From an uncultured Rhodanobacteraceae bacterium (GTDB lineage: Bacteria > Pseudomonadota > Gammaproteobacteria > Xanthomonadales > SZUA-5): a DNA stretch of 64,000 nucleotides. Position numbers and translations under genes: made by a program. Location of the stretch: assembly GCA_937928755.1 (NCBI GenBank), contig CALEZI010000101.1, positions 30,509 to 94,508 on the forward strand. Direction: 5' to 3'. Of this stretch, positions 28,553-38,825 are shown in pieces; position 1 is the first letter of the stretch, and every line of letters begins with the position of its first letter. The notes below the pieces were generated by a model. That model had not been told where the DNA came from. It ran no database searches and saw nothing but the letters and a program-made list of their open reading frames with translations.

Positions 28553-29074
28553 TCAGGACGCGGTGGTCTCGCTGCGCTTCGGACTGACCCACATGGTGAT
28601 CTCGGCGCTGAAAACCGCTTCGCCGTTACGGTCCTTGACCACCACACGAGCCACGCGCTCGGCGCCACTGTCGATGGCGCCGATCGGATCGAGGATCGCT
28701 TCGCCGCGCATCGGCCCGACTGCCTTCTTCAGGTATTTCACCGTCATTCCCTTCGGAATCCAGCGCAACGAGCGCGTCATGGCGGCGTCGGTTGCGAGGC
28801 CGCCGATGAACTCGGCGAGATTGCACAGCGCAATCGCGTGTACCGTGCCGATGTGGTTCTGGATGCGCCGACGGTGCTGAATGCTGGCGACGCAGCGACC
28901 CGGCTCCAGCGTCTCCAGCAGCGGCGAAATGCTGCTGAAATAGGGCGCCTGGTGGCAGATCAGGCGCGAACACAACCAGCGGCCGAAGCCGCCGTTGCCG
29001 AGCTTGCGGAACGCCTTCAGTGCCTGACTGCCGGCACCGGGTTGCTCGCTGGAGATGGGCGTCGAATCACTCAT
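28553..29074 (-). CDS. hotdog-fold thioesterase (PaaI/DUF4442-like)
   Basis: Only the C-terminal 173 codons of track ORF 28553..29590 look coding (MSDSTPISS...NHIGTVHAIALCNLAEFIGGLA...). Lies 8 nt downstream of fadE. Confidence 0.75.
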   Translation of the reverse strand: MSDSTPISSEQPGAGSQALKAFRKLGNGGFGRWLCSRLICHQAPYFSSISPLLETLEPGRCVASIQHRRRIQNHIGTVHAIALCNLAEFIGGLATDAAMTRSLRWIPKGMTVKYLKKAVGPMRGEAILDPIGAIDSGAERVARVVVKDRNGEAVFSAEITMWVSPKRSETTAS

Positions 29075-29082
29075 GGGCGTGT

Positions 29083-31557
29083 TCAGGCTGCGCTGCGCAG
29101 GGCCGGGCGGCCGCCATCGGCGCGGCGTCCGGCAACCAGATCGGCGGTGTCGAAGTCGTCCACGGCGATGATCTCGGCGATCGCCGCCCGCGTTCGCAGC
29201 AACAGAGTGCGCTCGTCCTCGGTGATCACGCCGTACTGCACGGCCTCGACCAATTGCGCGTTCGCCTCTGGCGCGGTCAGCGTGCCGGCCTTGGCCGCCT
29301 TGGCGACTTTGCGTTCGACCGGTTCGGCCTCGATGATCGATGCCAGCGCGGCGTTCATCTGGCCAACGCTGTTGTTGGCGCTCGGAGTCAGGTAACAGAA
29401 CTCGCCGAGACGGTCGCGGGCCTCGTTCGGGTACATCAGCAGGGTGGCGACGCGCCGGCCGAGACGATCGCCGGGAGCGGCCTCCAGTCGACCGATCGGG
29501 AATACCAAAGCGCGCAACACCCAGGCGACGGGTCGGATCGGGAAGTTGCGCAGCACGCCGTCGAGGGCGCCCTGGATGCGATAGGCGCATTCATGGAAGG
29601 CCCACGCCAGCAGCGGTCGATCGAGCTCCGGCCGGCCCTGATCTTCGAAGCGCTTGAGCATCGCCGAGGCGATGTAGAGATAACTCAGCACGTCGCCAAG
29701 GCGCGCCGACAGACGTTCCTTCTGCTTCAGCTTGCCGCCAAGCATCAGCATCGAGGTGTCGGCGACCAGCGCCAGCGCCGCGCTGTAGCGCGACAGCTTG
29801 CGATAGTAGCGCTGCAGATAACGATCGCCCGGGGCGCTGCCGATGCGGCTGTGGGTCAACCCATGGATGAAGGCGCGGCAGGCGTTGGAGACGGCAAATC
29901 CGACATGCTGGAACAGCGTGCGGTCGAACTCGCCGATGCGGCGCTCCGGGTCGGCAATGGCGGCGGCCTGCATCAACTTGAGCACGTAGGGGTGGCAGCG
30001 CACGGCGCCCTGGCCGAAGATGATCATGTTGCGCGTCAGGATGTTGGCGCCTTCCACGGTGATGCTGATCGGCGCGCCCTGCCACTGCCGGCCAAGATAG
30101 TTTTTCGGCCCGAGGATGATGGTCTTGCCGCCATGGATGTCCATCGCGTCCTGGATGATCGCGCGGCCCAGTTCGGTCGCATGGTACTTGGCGATGGCGG
30201 AGGTGACCGCCGGCTTTTCGCCCTGGTCGACCGCGGCGGCGGTCATGCGCGACACCGCGCTGACCGCGTAGGTCAGGCCACCGATGCGCGCCAGCGCTTC
30301 TTCGATGCCCTCGAAGCGTCCGATCGACATGCCAAACTGCTTGCGGATACGCGCATAGGCGCCGGTCGCCAACGCGGCCATGCGCACGCTGCCGGTGGAG
30401 CCGGACGGCAGCGAGATCGCACGACCCACCGACAGGCATTCGACCAGCATGCGCCAGCCCTGGCCGGCGTAAGTCGGCCCGCCGATCAGGCAATCCAGCG
30501 GCACGAACATGTCCTTGCCGCTCACCGGGCCGTTCTGGAACGGGATGTTCAGCGGCAGGTGACGGCGGCCGATCTCCAGGCCGGGCGTCGAGCGCGGGAC
30601 CAGCGCCAGGCTGATGCCGATGTCTTCCTTGTCGCCGAGCAGGCGCTCCGGATCGAGCAGGCGGAAGGCCAGGCCGATGACCGTGGCTACTGGCGCCAGG
30701 GTGATGTAGCGCTTCTCGAAGGTCAGGCGCAGGCCGAGCACTTCCTTGCCGTCGACGATCTGCTTGCAGACCACGCCGAAGTCCGGGATCGAGGTGGCGT
30801 CGGAGCCGGCCCACGGATTGGTCAGGCCGAAGCAGGGGATCTCGCGACCGTCCGCCAGGCGCGGCAGATAGTGGTTCTTCTGCTCGTCGGTGCCGTAATG
30901 CAGCAACAGTTCGGCCGGGCCGAGCGAATTGGGTACCGCTACCGTGGAGCTGACGGTCGGGCTGATGCTGGAGAGCTTCTGCAGCACGACCGAGTGCGCG
31001 TGGGCGGAAAAACCGAGGCCACCGTACTGCTTCGGAATGATCATGCCGAAGAAGCGGTTGCGCTTGAGAAAATCCCACACCTGCGGAGACAGATCATTGC
31101 GCTCGTGGGTGATCTCCCAATCGTTGATCAGTCCACAGACTTCTTCGACCGGGCCATCGAGGAAGGCTTTTTCCTCCCCGCTCAGTTGCGGGGCCGGCTG
31201 TGCCAGCAACTGATTCCAGCGTGGACGCCCGGAGAACAGCTCGCCCTCCCAACCGACGGTGCCGGCTTCCAGCGCGACGCGCTCGGTTTCCGACAACTGC
31301 GGCGCAATGCGCTGGTAGATGTCGAGCATCGGCCGACTCAGCAGTTGCACCCGCAACGGCCGGTGATTGAACACCACAGCCACGCCGCCGAACAGCGCCC
31401 AGGTCAGGCTCAGCGTGACCCACGAGGCGCCGCTGTAGAGCGAGGCCAGCAGCAACACGGCGGCGCTGGCCACGGTCCAGGTCTTGAGGCCGGCGCGGAT
31501 GAAACCACAGGTCAACCCGACGGCAATCAGTGCCAACAGGGGAATGAAACCGGACAT
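29083..31557 (-). CDS. fadE: acyl-CoA dehydrogenase, FadE type
   Basis: 824 aa. N-terminal TM region, then ACAD domains and the DUF1974-like tail, colinear with E. coli FadE. Confidence 0.9.
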   Translation of the reverse strand: MSGFIPLLALIAVGLTCGFIRAGLKTWTVASAAVLLLASLYSGASWVTLSLTWALFGGVAVVFNHRPLRVQLLSRPMLDIYQRIAPQLSETERVALEAGTVGWEGELFSGRPRWNQLLAQPAPQLSGEEKAFLDGPVEEVCGLINDWEITHERNDLSPQVWDFLKRNRFFGMIIPKQYGGLGFSAHAHSVVLQKLSSISPTVSSTVAVPNSLGPAELLLHYGTDEQKNHYLPRLADGREIPCFGLTNPWAGSDATSIPDFGVVCKQIVDGKEVLGLRLTFEKRYITLAPVATVIGLAFRLLDPERLLGDKEDIGISLALVPRSTPGLEIGRRHLPLNIPFQNGPVSGKDMFVPLDCLIGGPTYAGQGWRMLVECLSVGRAISLPSGSTGSVRMAALATGAYARIRKQFGMSIGRFEGIEEALARIGGLTYAVSAVSRMTAAAVDQGEKPAVTSAIAKYHATELGRAIIQDAMDIHGGKTIILGPKNYLGRQWQGAPISITVEGANILTRNMIIFGQGAVRCHPYVLKLMQAAAIADPERRIGEFDRTLFQHVGFAVSNACRAFIHGLTHSRIGSAPGDRYLQRYYRKLSRYSAALALVADTSMLMLGGKLKQKERLSARLGDVLSYLYIASAMLKRFEDQGRPELDRPLLAWAFHECAYRIQGALDGVLRNFPIRPVAWVLRALVFPIGRLEAAPGDRLGRRVATLLMYPNEARDRLGEFCYLTPSANNSVGQMNAALASIIEAEPVERKVAKAAKAGTLTAPEANAQLVEAVQYGVITEDERTLLLRTRAAIAEIIAVDDFDTADLVAGRRADGGRPALRSAA

Positions 31558-31631
31558 AAGAGTACTCCTTGAAGAATTCTCGACTCGGCCCGAAGGCGTA
31601 CGTAAATGCAGAACCTGCCGCAGATCAAGTG

Positions 31632-31715
31632 GTCATTGCGAGGAGCGTAGCGACGCGGCAATCCAGACAGGCTTGTGAAGCTGGGCACTGGATTGCTTCG
31701 CTGCGCTCGCAATGG
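31632..31715. repeat. family C hairpin repeat, copy 2
   Basis: Arms gtcattgcgaggagcgtagcgacgcggcaatccag (31632..31666) and cactggattgcttcgctgcgctcgcaatgg (31686..31715). Confidence 0.85.
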
Positions 31716-31732
31716 CGGGTCGACGGACTTGA

Positions 31733-32617
31733 TCACGGGCCCCTTGATTGCAAACTGGATTCAAAGCGCTGCAGAAATCGGGAGATTTCGCGGGTGAAAA
31801 CGTCATTGCGGTCGCCGACCACCATGTGCGTCGCGTCCTCGATGCGGATGTGTTCGGCGTGGGGTACCAGTTGCATGAACTCGGCGATGGTGTGTTCGGA
31901 CACCACGTCGCTGCGGCCGCCGCTGAGCAGCAACACCGGAATCTGCACGCGGGCGGCGGCGGCTTGCAGGCGCGGGATGTAGCTCTCGGCCTCCGCGGCC
32001 ACGCGCTGCAACAGGCGTGGATCCCAGTGCCAGCGCCAGCGTCCGTCGCTGCTCTGGCGCAATTGGCTGCGCAAGCGCGCCGGATCCTTGCGTTCCCGAT
32101 GCGGCAGATAGCGTGCAACCTCATCGGCCGCATGTTCGAGGTTGTCGAAGCCCTCGGGGTGCTGCGCCATGAAGCTCAGAATTCGCCCCACGCCCTCGGT
32201 CTCCCAACGCGGAGTCACGTCGACCAGAACCATCGCGCGAAACACGCTGGTCGCCTGTTCGCCTTCAATCAGCAAGCCGAGCAATCCGCCCATCGAGGCG
32301 CCGACCAGGATGGGCGTTTGTGGCAGGGAGCGGGCAATTGCGGCGAGGTCCTCCGCGAAATGTTCGAGGTGGTAATCGCCGTCCGCTGCCCATTGTGAAT
32401 CGCCATGGCCTCGGCCATCGATCGCCATGGCATGGCAGCCTTCGTGGGCCAGCTGAGTCGCAGTGCCACGCCAAGCGTGGCGGTTTTGCCCGAATCCGTG
32501 CGCAAACAGCACTGGCGGCGCGCTATTGCGACCATAATGTTCGATCGCCAGCGACAGATCGCCTCGACCGGGATGCATGCGCACCTGCGCGGTGGGAGCG
32601 GTATTCGACAACGACAT
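31733..32617 (-). CDS. alpha/beta-fold hydrolase
   Basis: PVLFAHGFGQN, nucleophile elbow GASMGG, GHGDS. ATG 32617 is preceded by GGAG. The track start 32755 is less likely. Confidence 0.8.
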   Translation of the reverse strand: MSLSNTAPTAQVRMHPGRGDLSLAIEHYGRNSAPPVLFAHGFGQNRHAWRGTATQLAHEGCHAMAIDGRGHGDSQWAADGDYHLEHFAEDLAAIARSLPQTPILVGASMGGLLGLLIEGEQATSVFRAMVLVDVTPRWETEGVGRILSFMAQHPEGFDNLEHAADEVARYLPHRERKDPARLRSQLRQSSDGRWRWHWDPRLLQRVAAEAESYIPRLQAAAARVQIPVLLLSGGRSDVVSEHTIAEFMQLVPHAEHIRIEDATHMVVGDRNDVFTREISRFLQRFESSLQSRGP

Positions 32618-32630
32618 GGCAAGGCACTCC

Positions 32631-32681
32631 ATACGCTTGAGTATGTTGACGCAGGCCTGAGCTGTCAATACGCTTGCGTAT
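32631..32681. promoter_or_regulatory. two copies of a 14-bp palindromic box ATACGCTTG(A/C)GTAT (32631..32644, 32668..32681): candidate TetR operators
   Basis: The second copy is a perfect palindrome (ATACGC TT GCGTAT). Both sit in the 94-bp hydrolase/TetR divergent spacer. The first overlaps the hydrolase SD. Confidence 0.45.
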
Positions 32682-32711
32682 GGATAACTTTCACATTTCT
32701 TCGACTTTCTC

Positions 32712-33317
32712 ATGACCAACGTAATGACCAGTGTCCCGCCGGTGCCGGAACGCACCGAAAAGCAACGCCTGTCGGCTCAGGACTGGGAACTTGCCGCGCT
32801 CGAACTGATGGCCGAGGAGGGCGTCGCCGCGGTTGCGGTGGAGTCGCTGGCGCGACGTCTCGGCGTTACCAAAGGCAGCTTCTACTGGCACTTCAGCCAT
32901 CGCGACGCGTTGATCGAAGCGGCGCTCAGGCGCTGGGAAGACACCGACACGCACAATCTGCTGGCTCGGGTCGAATCGATCGAGAACCCTGGCAAGCGCC
33001 TGCGCGAGCTGTTCCGGCTCACCAGTCGCGAAATGCGTTCGCACAAGATTTACGCGGCGCTGTTGAAGGCCGCGGATCATCCGGTGGTGGCGCCGGTGAT
33101 GGATCGGGTGTCGCACGAACGCATGGCCTACCTCGCGCGCGTGTTCCAGCAGGCAGGCATGGATCATGAGTCGGCAGAGCATCGGGCGCGGCTGGCTTAC
33201 TCGGCCTATGTCGGGCTGCTGCAGTTGACGCTGCAACTGCGCTCATCGCGCCTGAGTTCGGAAGTTTTCGACGCTTATGTCGGACACATGATCGATACGC
33301 TGATCCCGGCAGAGTAA
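32712..33317 (+). CDS. TetR/AcrR-family transcriptional regulator
   Basis: AALELMAEEGVAAVAVESLARRLGVTKGSFYWHFSHRDALIEAAL. Confidence 0.85.
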   Translation: MTNVMTSVPPVPERTEKQRLSAQDWELAALELMAEEGVAAVAVESLARRLGVTKGSFYWHFSHRDALIEAALRRWEDTDTHNLLARVESIENPGKRLRELFRLTSREMRSHKIYAALLKAADHPVVAPVMDRVSHERMAYLARVFQQAGMDHESAEHRARLAYSAYVGLLQLTLQLRSSRLSSEVFDAYVGHMIDTLIPAE

Positions 33318-33636
33318 TGCGATTGGAGCAGCGGTCGCGCCCGGCGAGCGCAGTGACGCCTGCATCCCGCAATCCGTTTGCAGCACGCGCCTGAGACGCT
33401 GCGGGTCGACGGCAACGGCAAGTTCTGGCCTCGTCCGGAGTTTCCCCGCTGACAGCGCCGGTGCGACCGTTGTCGTCGCCTCAGGGTTTGCGCTGGAGCA
33501 ATGCCGTCCGTCTGCAATATGCAATCGTATGCAGCGTAGACGGCCTTGTTCATTGAATTTCAACCCGCGGCCCGCTATGTTCGCCGCCTCAGGGTCGAGT
33601 GTTTGACCATAAGTTATTGAAATAAAAGGATTTGCC

Positions 33637-35379
33637 ATGGGGTCCCGCCTGGATATATTGAACCTTTGGGTTCAGGAAGTTGCGCTGCTGACCAAAGCGG
33701 ACGCGATCCACTGGTGCGACGGCAGCGAAACCGAGCGCCGCGCACTGGAGTCGCTGATGGTCGATCGCGGCGATCTGCTGCCGCTCAATCAGGAAACCCA
33801 CCCGGACTGCTTCCTGCATCGCTCGGATCCGAGCGACGTCGCTCGCGTCGAGCACCTGACCTTTGTCTGCACCCGTCACCAGGATGACGCCGGCCCGAAC
33901 AACAACTGGATGGCGCCGGCGGCGGCACATCAGAAGATGGATGCGCTGTTCGATGGCTGCATGCGTGGGCGCACGATGTACGTCGTGCCTTATTGCATGG
34001 GCCCGATCGATTCACCGTATTCGCGCTGCGGCGTGGAGATCACCGACAGCCCTTACGTGGTCGCCAACATGCGCATCATGACGCGCATGGGCGCGCCAGC
34101 GCTGGCGCGGATCGAACGTGAGGGACGCTTCGTGCGCGGCCTGCATTCGATCGGGGAACTGGATCCCGAACGCCGCTTCATCATGCACTTCCCGGAAGAG
34201 TTCCTGATCAAGAGTTACGGTTCCGGGTATGGCGGCAATGCGCTGCTCGGCAAGAAATGCCACGCGTTGCGCATCGCCAGTTGGCAGGCTCGCGAAGAGG
34301 GATGGTTGGCTGAGCACATGCTGATCGTCGGCATCCAGAATCCGGCGGGCGAGACGCACTATGTCGCCGCGGCATTTCCTTCGGCCTGCGGCAAGACCAA
34401 CCTCGCCATGCTGATTCCGCCGGAAACGCATTCAGGTTGGAAAGTCTGGACGATCGGTGACGATATCTGCTGGTTGCATCCGGGCCCGGACGGCCGCCTG
34501 TATGCGATCAATCCGGAATCCGGATTCTTTGGCGTCGCGCCCGGAACCAGTCGCAAGACCAACCGCAATGCGGTGGAGACACTCGGTCATGATGCGATCT
34601 TCACCAATGTCGCCGTGACGCATGACAACCAGCCCTGGTGGGAAGGCCTGTCCGACGAGCGCCCGGCCAAGGACTGGCAGGGTCGCGATTACGATCCGGC
34701 CAACGGGCCCGCGGCGCATCCGAATTCGCGTTTCACCGTGTCCATGCGGCAGTGTCCGAGCTTCACCGAACAAGCCGACAATCCGGCCGGTGTGCCGATC
34801 TCGGCGATCATCTTCGGCGGCCGTCGCGAATCACTGGTGCCGTTGGTGTTCGAGGCGCGGGACTGGAATCACGGCGTGCTGGTGGGCGCCTCGATGGCAT
34901 CGGAAACCACGGCGGCAGCAACTGGCGCGGTAGGCGTCGTGCGCCGCGACTCGATGGCGATGAAGCCGTTCTGCGGCTACAACTTTGCCGACTACTTCGG
35001 ACATTGGTTGTCGTTCAACCAGCGCCTCGACCACCTGCCACGCATCTTTCATGTCAATTGGTTCCGCAAAGGCAGCGACGGCAAGTTCCTGTGGCCAGGG
35101 TTCGGCGACAACCTGCGCGTACTGCAGTGGATCATCGATCGCTGCGCGGGCCGCGCCGGTGCGGAAGACACGCCGATCGGTTTCCTGCCGCGCCGCGAAG
35201 ACCTGGACCTGCGCGGTCTCGAACAGCTGAACGGTGCGCTGGACACGTTGTTGGCGGTCGATGCCGAAGGCTGGCGCAACGAGGTCGCCGAGATCGGAAG
35301 TTACCTCGACAGCTTCGGCGAACGCGTCCCGGAGACGCTGCGCGCCGAACACGCCAAGGTCCGCGCGCGGTTGGCTTGA
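33637..35379 (+). CDS. pckG: phosphoenolpyruvate carboxykinase (GTP)
   Basis: HRSDPSDVARVE, DDAGPNNNWM, FPSACGKTNLAML, NPESGFFGVAPGT, and the WEG segment. Confidence 0.93.
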   Translation: MGSRLDILNLWVQEVALLTKADAIHWCDGSETERRALESLMVDRGDLLPLNQETHPDCFLHRSDPSDVARVEHLTFVCTRHQDDAGPNNNWMAPAAAHQKMDALFDGCMRGRTMYVVPYCMGPIDSPYSRCGVEITDSPYVVANMRIMTRMGAPALARIEREGRFVRGLHSIGELDPERRFIMHFPEEFLIKSYGSGYGGNALLGKKCHALRIASWQAREEGWLAEHMLIVGIQNPAGETHYVAAAFPSACGKTNLAMLIPPETHSGWKVWTIGDDICWLHPGPDGRLYAINPESGFFGVAPGTSRKTNRNAVETLGHDAIFTNVAVTHDNQPWWEGLSDERPAKDWQGRDYDPANGPAAHPNSRFTVSMRQCPSFTEQADNPAGVPISAIIFGGRRESLVPLVFEARDWNHGVLVGASMASETTAAATGAVGVVRRDSMAMKPFCGYNFADYFGHWLSFNQRLDHLPRIFHVNWFRKGSDGKFLWPGFGDNLRVLQWIIDRCAGRAGAEDTPIGFLPRREDLDLRGLEQLNGALDTLLAVDAEGWRNEVAEIGSYLDSFGERVPETLRAEHAKVRARLA

Positions 35380-35388
35380 TGCGGATGC

Positions 35389-35456
35389 AGGAGCGGCGTG
35401 TACCCCGCGACTGGCGACGCGTGGAGCTTCGCTGTCGCGGCGTACACGCCGCTCCT
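35389..35456. repeat. long inverted repeat (23-nt arms, 1 mismatch) between convergent pckG and the Mth938-like gene
   Basis: aggagcggcgtgtaccccgcgac (35389..35411) / gtcgcggcgtacacgccgctcct (35434..35456). The right arm covers the stop codon of the minus-strand gene. No U tract is present. Confidence 0.6.
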
Positions 35457-35829
35457 ACAGCGGAGCGATCAGAAACGCCGCGAGCACCGAGCGGTTCTCG
35501 CCGAGCAGCACATTGTAGGTGCGCGCGGCGGCGGCGTTGGTCATGCATTCGATGCCGCAGCCGCGTCGCAGTACCAGCGCCTGCAACTGCGGCGGGAGCA
35601 GCGCCGTCTGCGAACCGGTGCCGAGCAGGATGATCTCGCGGTCGGCGGCGAGCAGGGTTTCCAGCGCCGCGGCGTCGATTTCGGCGAGCGTTCGTGGGGC
35701 CCACGCCGCAACACGCCGGGCATCCACCCAGAAACTCGATTCGCGCCATTCCTCGCCGACGCGAACGCGCACTCCGTCGATGCCGGTCACCGCGCGCGGA
35801 TTCTCGTCGGGTTGCCAGGTCAACTGCAT
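35455..35829 (-). CDS. Mth938-like (DUF498) domain protein
   Basis: 124 aa. ...IILLGTGSQTALLPPQLQALVLRRGCGIECMTNAAAARTYNVLLGENRSVLAAF matches the Mth938/NDUFAF3 pattern. Confidence 0.7.
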   Translation of the reverse strand: MQLTWQPDENPRAVTGIDGVRVRVGEEWRESSFWVDARRVAAWAPRTLAEIDAAALETLLAADREIILLGTGSQTALLPPQLQALVLRRGCGIECMTNAAAARTYNVLLGENRSVLAAFLIAPL

Positions 35830-35851
35830 CGGATGCTGTCTCCGCTGGGGC

Positions 35852-36145
35852 TCAGGGCAATTCGATGCGCGGCTGTTCCGGATTGCGGCGGTAGATGCTC
35901 ACCACATGCCCGATCTTGTGGATCAGTTCGGCGCCGGTGCGGACCAGCAACTCGGCAATCAGCGCATCCCGCGCCGCGCGGTCGCCGACGCTGACGCGCA
36001 CCTTGATCAGCTCATGGTGGGCGAGGGCGATTTCGACCTCCTGCAGTACCGTCGGCGCCAATCCGCGTTCGGCCACCATGACGACCGGATTGAGCCCGTG
36101 GGTCAGTCCGCGCAGATAGCGGCGCTGCGCATTGTTGAGAGCCAT
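35852..36145 (-). CDS. yhbY: ribosome assembly RNA-binding protein YhbY (CRM domain)
   Basis: [29 protein letters not shown]...HELIKVRV. Only the last 97 codons of track ORF 35852..36700 are used. Confidence 0.85.
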   Translation of the reverse strand: MALNNAQRRYLRGLTHGLNPVVMVAERGLAPTVLQEVEIALAHHELIKVRVSVGDRAARDALIAELLVRTGAELIHKIGHVVSIYRRNPEQPRIELP

Positions 36146-36218
36146 GACTTGTGCTCCGGGGATATTTGGGGCGCGAAGGCTATCATGGCGGAGATTCCGT
36201 ACCGGACCAACACGCCTG

Positions 36219-36839
36219 ATGGGGCGCAGCAAGAGCAGCGGTCGTTGGCTCAACGAGCACTTTTCCGATCCGTTCGTGCGCAAGGCGCACGCGGAGGGCA
36301 TGCGCTCGCGCGCCGCGTACAAGCTCGAAGAGTTGCTGGAACGCGATCTGGTACTGCGGCCGGGCATGGTGGTGGTCGATCTTGGCGCCGCGCCGGGTGG
36401 CTGGTGCCAGGTGGCGCAGGAATGGCTCAAGGGTCGCGGTCGCGTGATCGCGCTCGACATCCTGCCGATGGACGAGTTGCCGGGCGTCGAGTTCATCGAG
36501 GGCGACTTCACCAGCGACGAGGTGTTGGCGCAACTTGAGCAGGTCCTGGGCGATACCAAAGTCGATCTTGTGTTGTCCGACATGGCCCCAAACATCAGCG
36601 GTGTGGCGTCGGTCGACCAGGCGCGATCCATGCTGTTGGCTGAACTGGCGCTCGAATTCGCCCGGGCGCACCTCAAACGCGGCGGTGCATATCTGGTCAA
36701 ATTGTTTCAGGGCGAAGGATTCGATGCTTACATCAAGCTGCTGCGTGCGAGTTTCGACAAGGTGAACCTGCGCAAACCCAAGGCTTCACGCGGACGCAGC
36801 CGCGAAATCTACGCGCTGGCGACAGGCTTTAAGGTCTAG
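36219..36839 (+). CDS. rlmE: 23S rRNA (uridine2552-2'-O)-methyltransferase
   Basis: [18 protein letters not shown]...[10 protein letters not shown]...[23 protein letters not shown]. Divergent from yhbY as usual. Confidence 0.9.
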   Translation: MGRSKSSGRWLNEHFSDPFVRKAHAEGMRSRAAYKLEELLERDLVLRPGMVVVDLGAAPGGWCQVAQEWLKGRGRVIALDILPMDELPGVEFIEGDFTSDEVLAQLEQVLGDTKVDLVLSDMAPNISGVASVDQARSMLLAELALEFARAHLKRGGAYLVKLFQGEGFDAYIKLLRASFDKVNLRKPKASRGRSREIYALATGFKV

Positions 36840-36901
36840 TACATTCGACCATGGTTAACTGCAGGCGCGATCGGTCGCGCCGCAGGCTAAAGGAGTGTGT
36901 T

Positions 36902-38812
36902 TTGAACGACTTGATGAAGAACCTGCTGCTGTGGACGGTGATCGCGCTGGTTCTGCTGGGCGTGTTCCGCAGCTTCGGACCCACCGCCGGCGTGAGCGCC
37001 GGGCTGTCCTATTCGGAGTTCCTGCAGAGAGTCGAACGCGAGCAGGTGGTGGAGGTCAAGATTTCTGCCGACCGCAAGGTCAGCGGCAAGCTGCAGGACG
37101 GCAAGACCTTCGAGCTGTACGTGCCCGAAGATCCGCGCCTTGTGGAAACCCTGATCGCCAACAACGTCAAGGTCGTGCAGTCGGCGCCAGACACCGGGTT
37201 CTCCTTGTTCGGTCTGATTCTCAACCTCCTGCCGGTGCTGCTGCTGATCGGTTTCTGGGTGTTCGTGATGCGCCAGATGCAGGGCGGCGGCGGCGGTCGC
37301 GGCGCGATGAGCTTCGGCAAGAGTCGGGCGCGCCTGCAGGGCGAAGATCAGGTCAAGGTGACTTTTGCCGACGTCGCGGGCGTGGACGAGGCCAAGGAAG
37401 AGGTGCATGAGCTGGTCGAGTTCCTGCGCGATCCGGGCAAGTTCCAGAAGCTCGGCGGCAAGATTCCGCGCGGCGTGCTGATGGTCGGGCCGCCGGGTAC
37501 CGGCAAGACCCTGCTGGCCAAGGCCATCGCCGGCGAAGCCAAGGTGCCGTTTTTCATCATTTCCGGATCCGATTTCGTCGAGATGTTCGTCGGTGTCGGC
37601 GCCAGCCGCGTGCGCGACATGTTCGAGCAGGCCAAGAAACATGCGCCGTGCATCATCTTCATCGACGAAATCGATGCTGTCGGACGTCATCGCGGCGCCG
37701 GCCTTGGCGGCGGTCACGACGAGCGCGAGCAGACGCTGAACCAGTTGCTGGTCGAGATGGACGGTTTCGAAGGCACCGAGGGCACCATCGTCATCGCGGC
37801 GACCAATCGCCCGGACGTGCTCGATCCGGCGCTGTTGCGGCCGGGTCGATTCGATCGGCAGGTCGTGGTTGGCCTGCCGGACGTGCGCGGTCGCGAGCAG
37901 ATCCTCAAGGTGCACATGCGCAAGGTGCCGCTCGGCGACGATGTGCGCCCGGCAGTCATCGCGCGCGGCACGCCAGGATTCTCCGGCGCCGATCTGGCCA
38001 ACCTGGTGAACGAGGCGGCGCTGTTCGCCGCGCGCGACAACTCGCGCGATGTCACGATGACCCACTTCGAGCGCGCCAAGGACAAGATCATGATGGGCGC
38101 CGAGCGGCGCTCGATGGTGATGAGCGAGGACGAAAAGCGCCTGACCGCGTATCACGAAGCGGGTCACGCCATCATCGGCCGCGTCGTTCCCGAACACGAC
38201 CCGGTGTACAAGGTGTCGATCATTCCGCGTGGCCGCGCGCTTGGCGTGACCATGTTCCTGCCGGAGGGCGATCGCTACAGCCACAGCCGAACCTGGCTGG
38301 AGAGCCAGATCTGCTCGCTGTACGGCGGGCGCCTCGCCGAGGAATTGATCTTCGGCCACAGCAAGGTCACCACCGGTGCCTCCAACGACATCATGCGCGC
38401 CACGCAACTGGCGCGGAACATGGTCACCAAGTGGGGCATGTCGGACCAGCTCGGGCCGCTGATGTACGGCGACGAGGAAGAAGAACTGTTCCTCGGTCGT
38501 TCGATCACGCAGACCAAGACGGTGTCGCCGGAAACGGCGGAACTGATCGACGCCGAAGTCCGCGCATTGATCGACCGCTGTTACAACACGTCGAAGGGAA
38601 TCCTCGTCGAAAACACGGACAAACTGCACAAGATGGCCGATGCGTTGATGAAGTACGAGACCATCGACGCCACGCAGATCGACGCGATCATGGCGGGTCG
38701 CGATGTGCCGCCTCCGTCCGACTGGCACGAGGGCGACGGCGGCGCGCCGAGCAATCCGGGCAAGCCGACGGCGCCGGTGACGCCGACGGCGACGCCCGCT
38801 GCCCAGACCTGA
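36902..38812 (+). CDS. ftsH: ATP-dependent zinc metalloprotease FtsH
   Basis: TTG 36902 lies 7 nt after SD AAGGAG, giving (M)[10 protein letters not shown]. Walker [12 protein letters not shown], and HEAGH zinc site. Confidence 0.95.
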   Translation: MNDLMKNLLLWTVIALVLLGVFRSFGPTAGVSAGLSYSEFLQRVEREQVVEVKISADRKVSGKLQDGKTFELYVPEDPRLVETLIANNVKVVQSAPDTGFSLFGLILNLLPVLLLIGFWVFVMRQMQGGGGGRGAMSFGKSRARLQGEDQVKVTFADVAGVDEAKEEVHELVEFLRDPGKFQKLGGKIPRGVLMVGPPGTGKTLLAKAIAGEAKVPFFIISGSDFVEMFVGVGASRVRDMFEQAKKHAPCIIFIDEIDAVGRHRGAGLGGGHDEREQTLNQLLVEMDGFEGTEGTIVIAATNRPDVLDPALLRPGRFDRQVVVGLPDVRGREQILKVHMRKVPLGDDVRPAVIARGTPGFSGADLANLVNEAALFAARDNSRDVTMTHFERAKDKIMMGAERRSMVMSEDEKRLTAYHEAGHAIIGRVVPEHDPVYKVSIIPRGRALGVTMFLPEGDRYSHSRTWLESQICSLYGGRLAEELIFGHSKVTTGASNDIMRATQLARNMVTKWGMSDQLGPLMYGDEEEELFLGRSITQTKTVSPETAELIDAEVRALIDRCYNTSKGILVENTDKLHKMADALMKYETIDATQIDAIMAGRDVPPPSDWHEGDGGAPSNPGKPTAPVTPTATPAAQT

Positions 38813-38825
38813 CGGGACAGGGCGC

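Noticed and set aside
28553-29590. Long N-terminal extensions of track ORFs (28553..29590, 35852..36700, 41732..43618, 50964..52301, 17713..19809, 22328..24868, 40104..41597).
   Set aside because: The upstream parts are Arg/Pro-rich or run through repeats or neighbouring genes. Internal starts with SD sequences and homologous N-termini were used instead.
33243-33638. 131-aa minus-strand ORF spanning the TetR-pckG spacer.
   Set aside because: It overlaps the TetR 3' end in antisense and runs through the AT-richer pckG promoter region. There are no recognisable motifs and the codon third positions are atypical.
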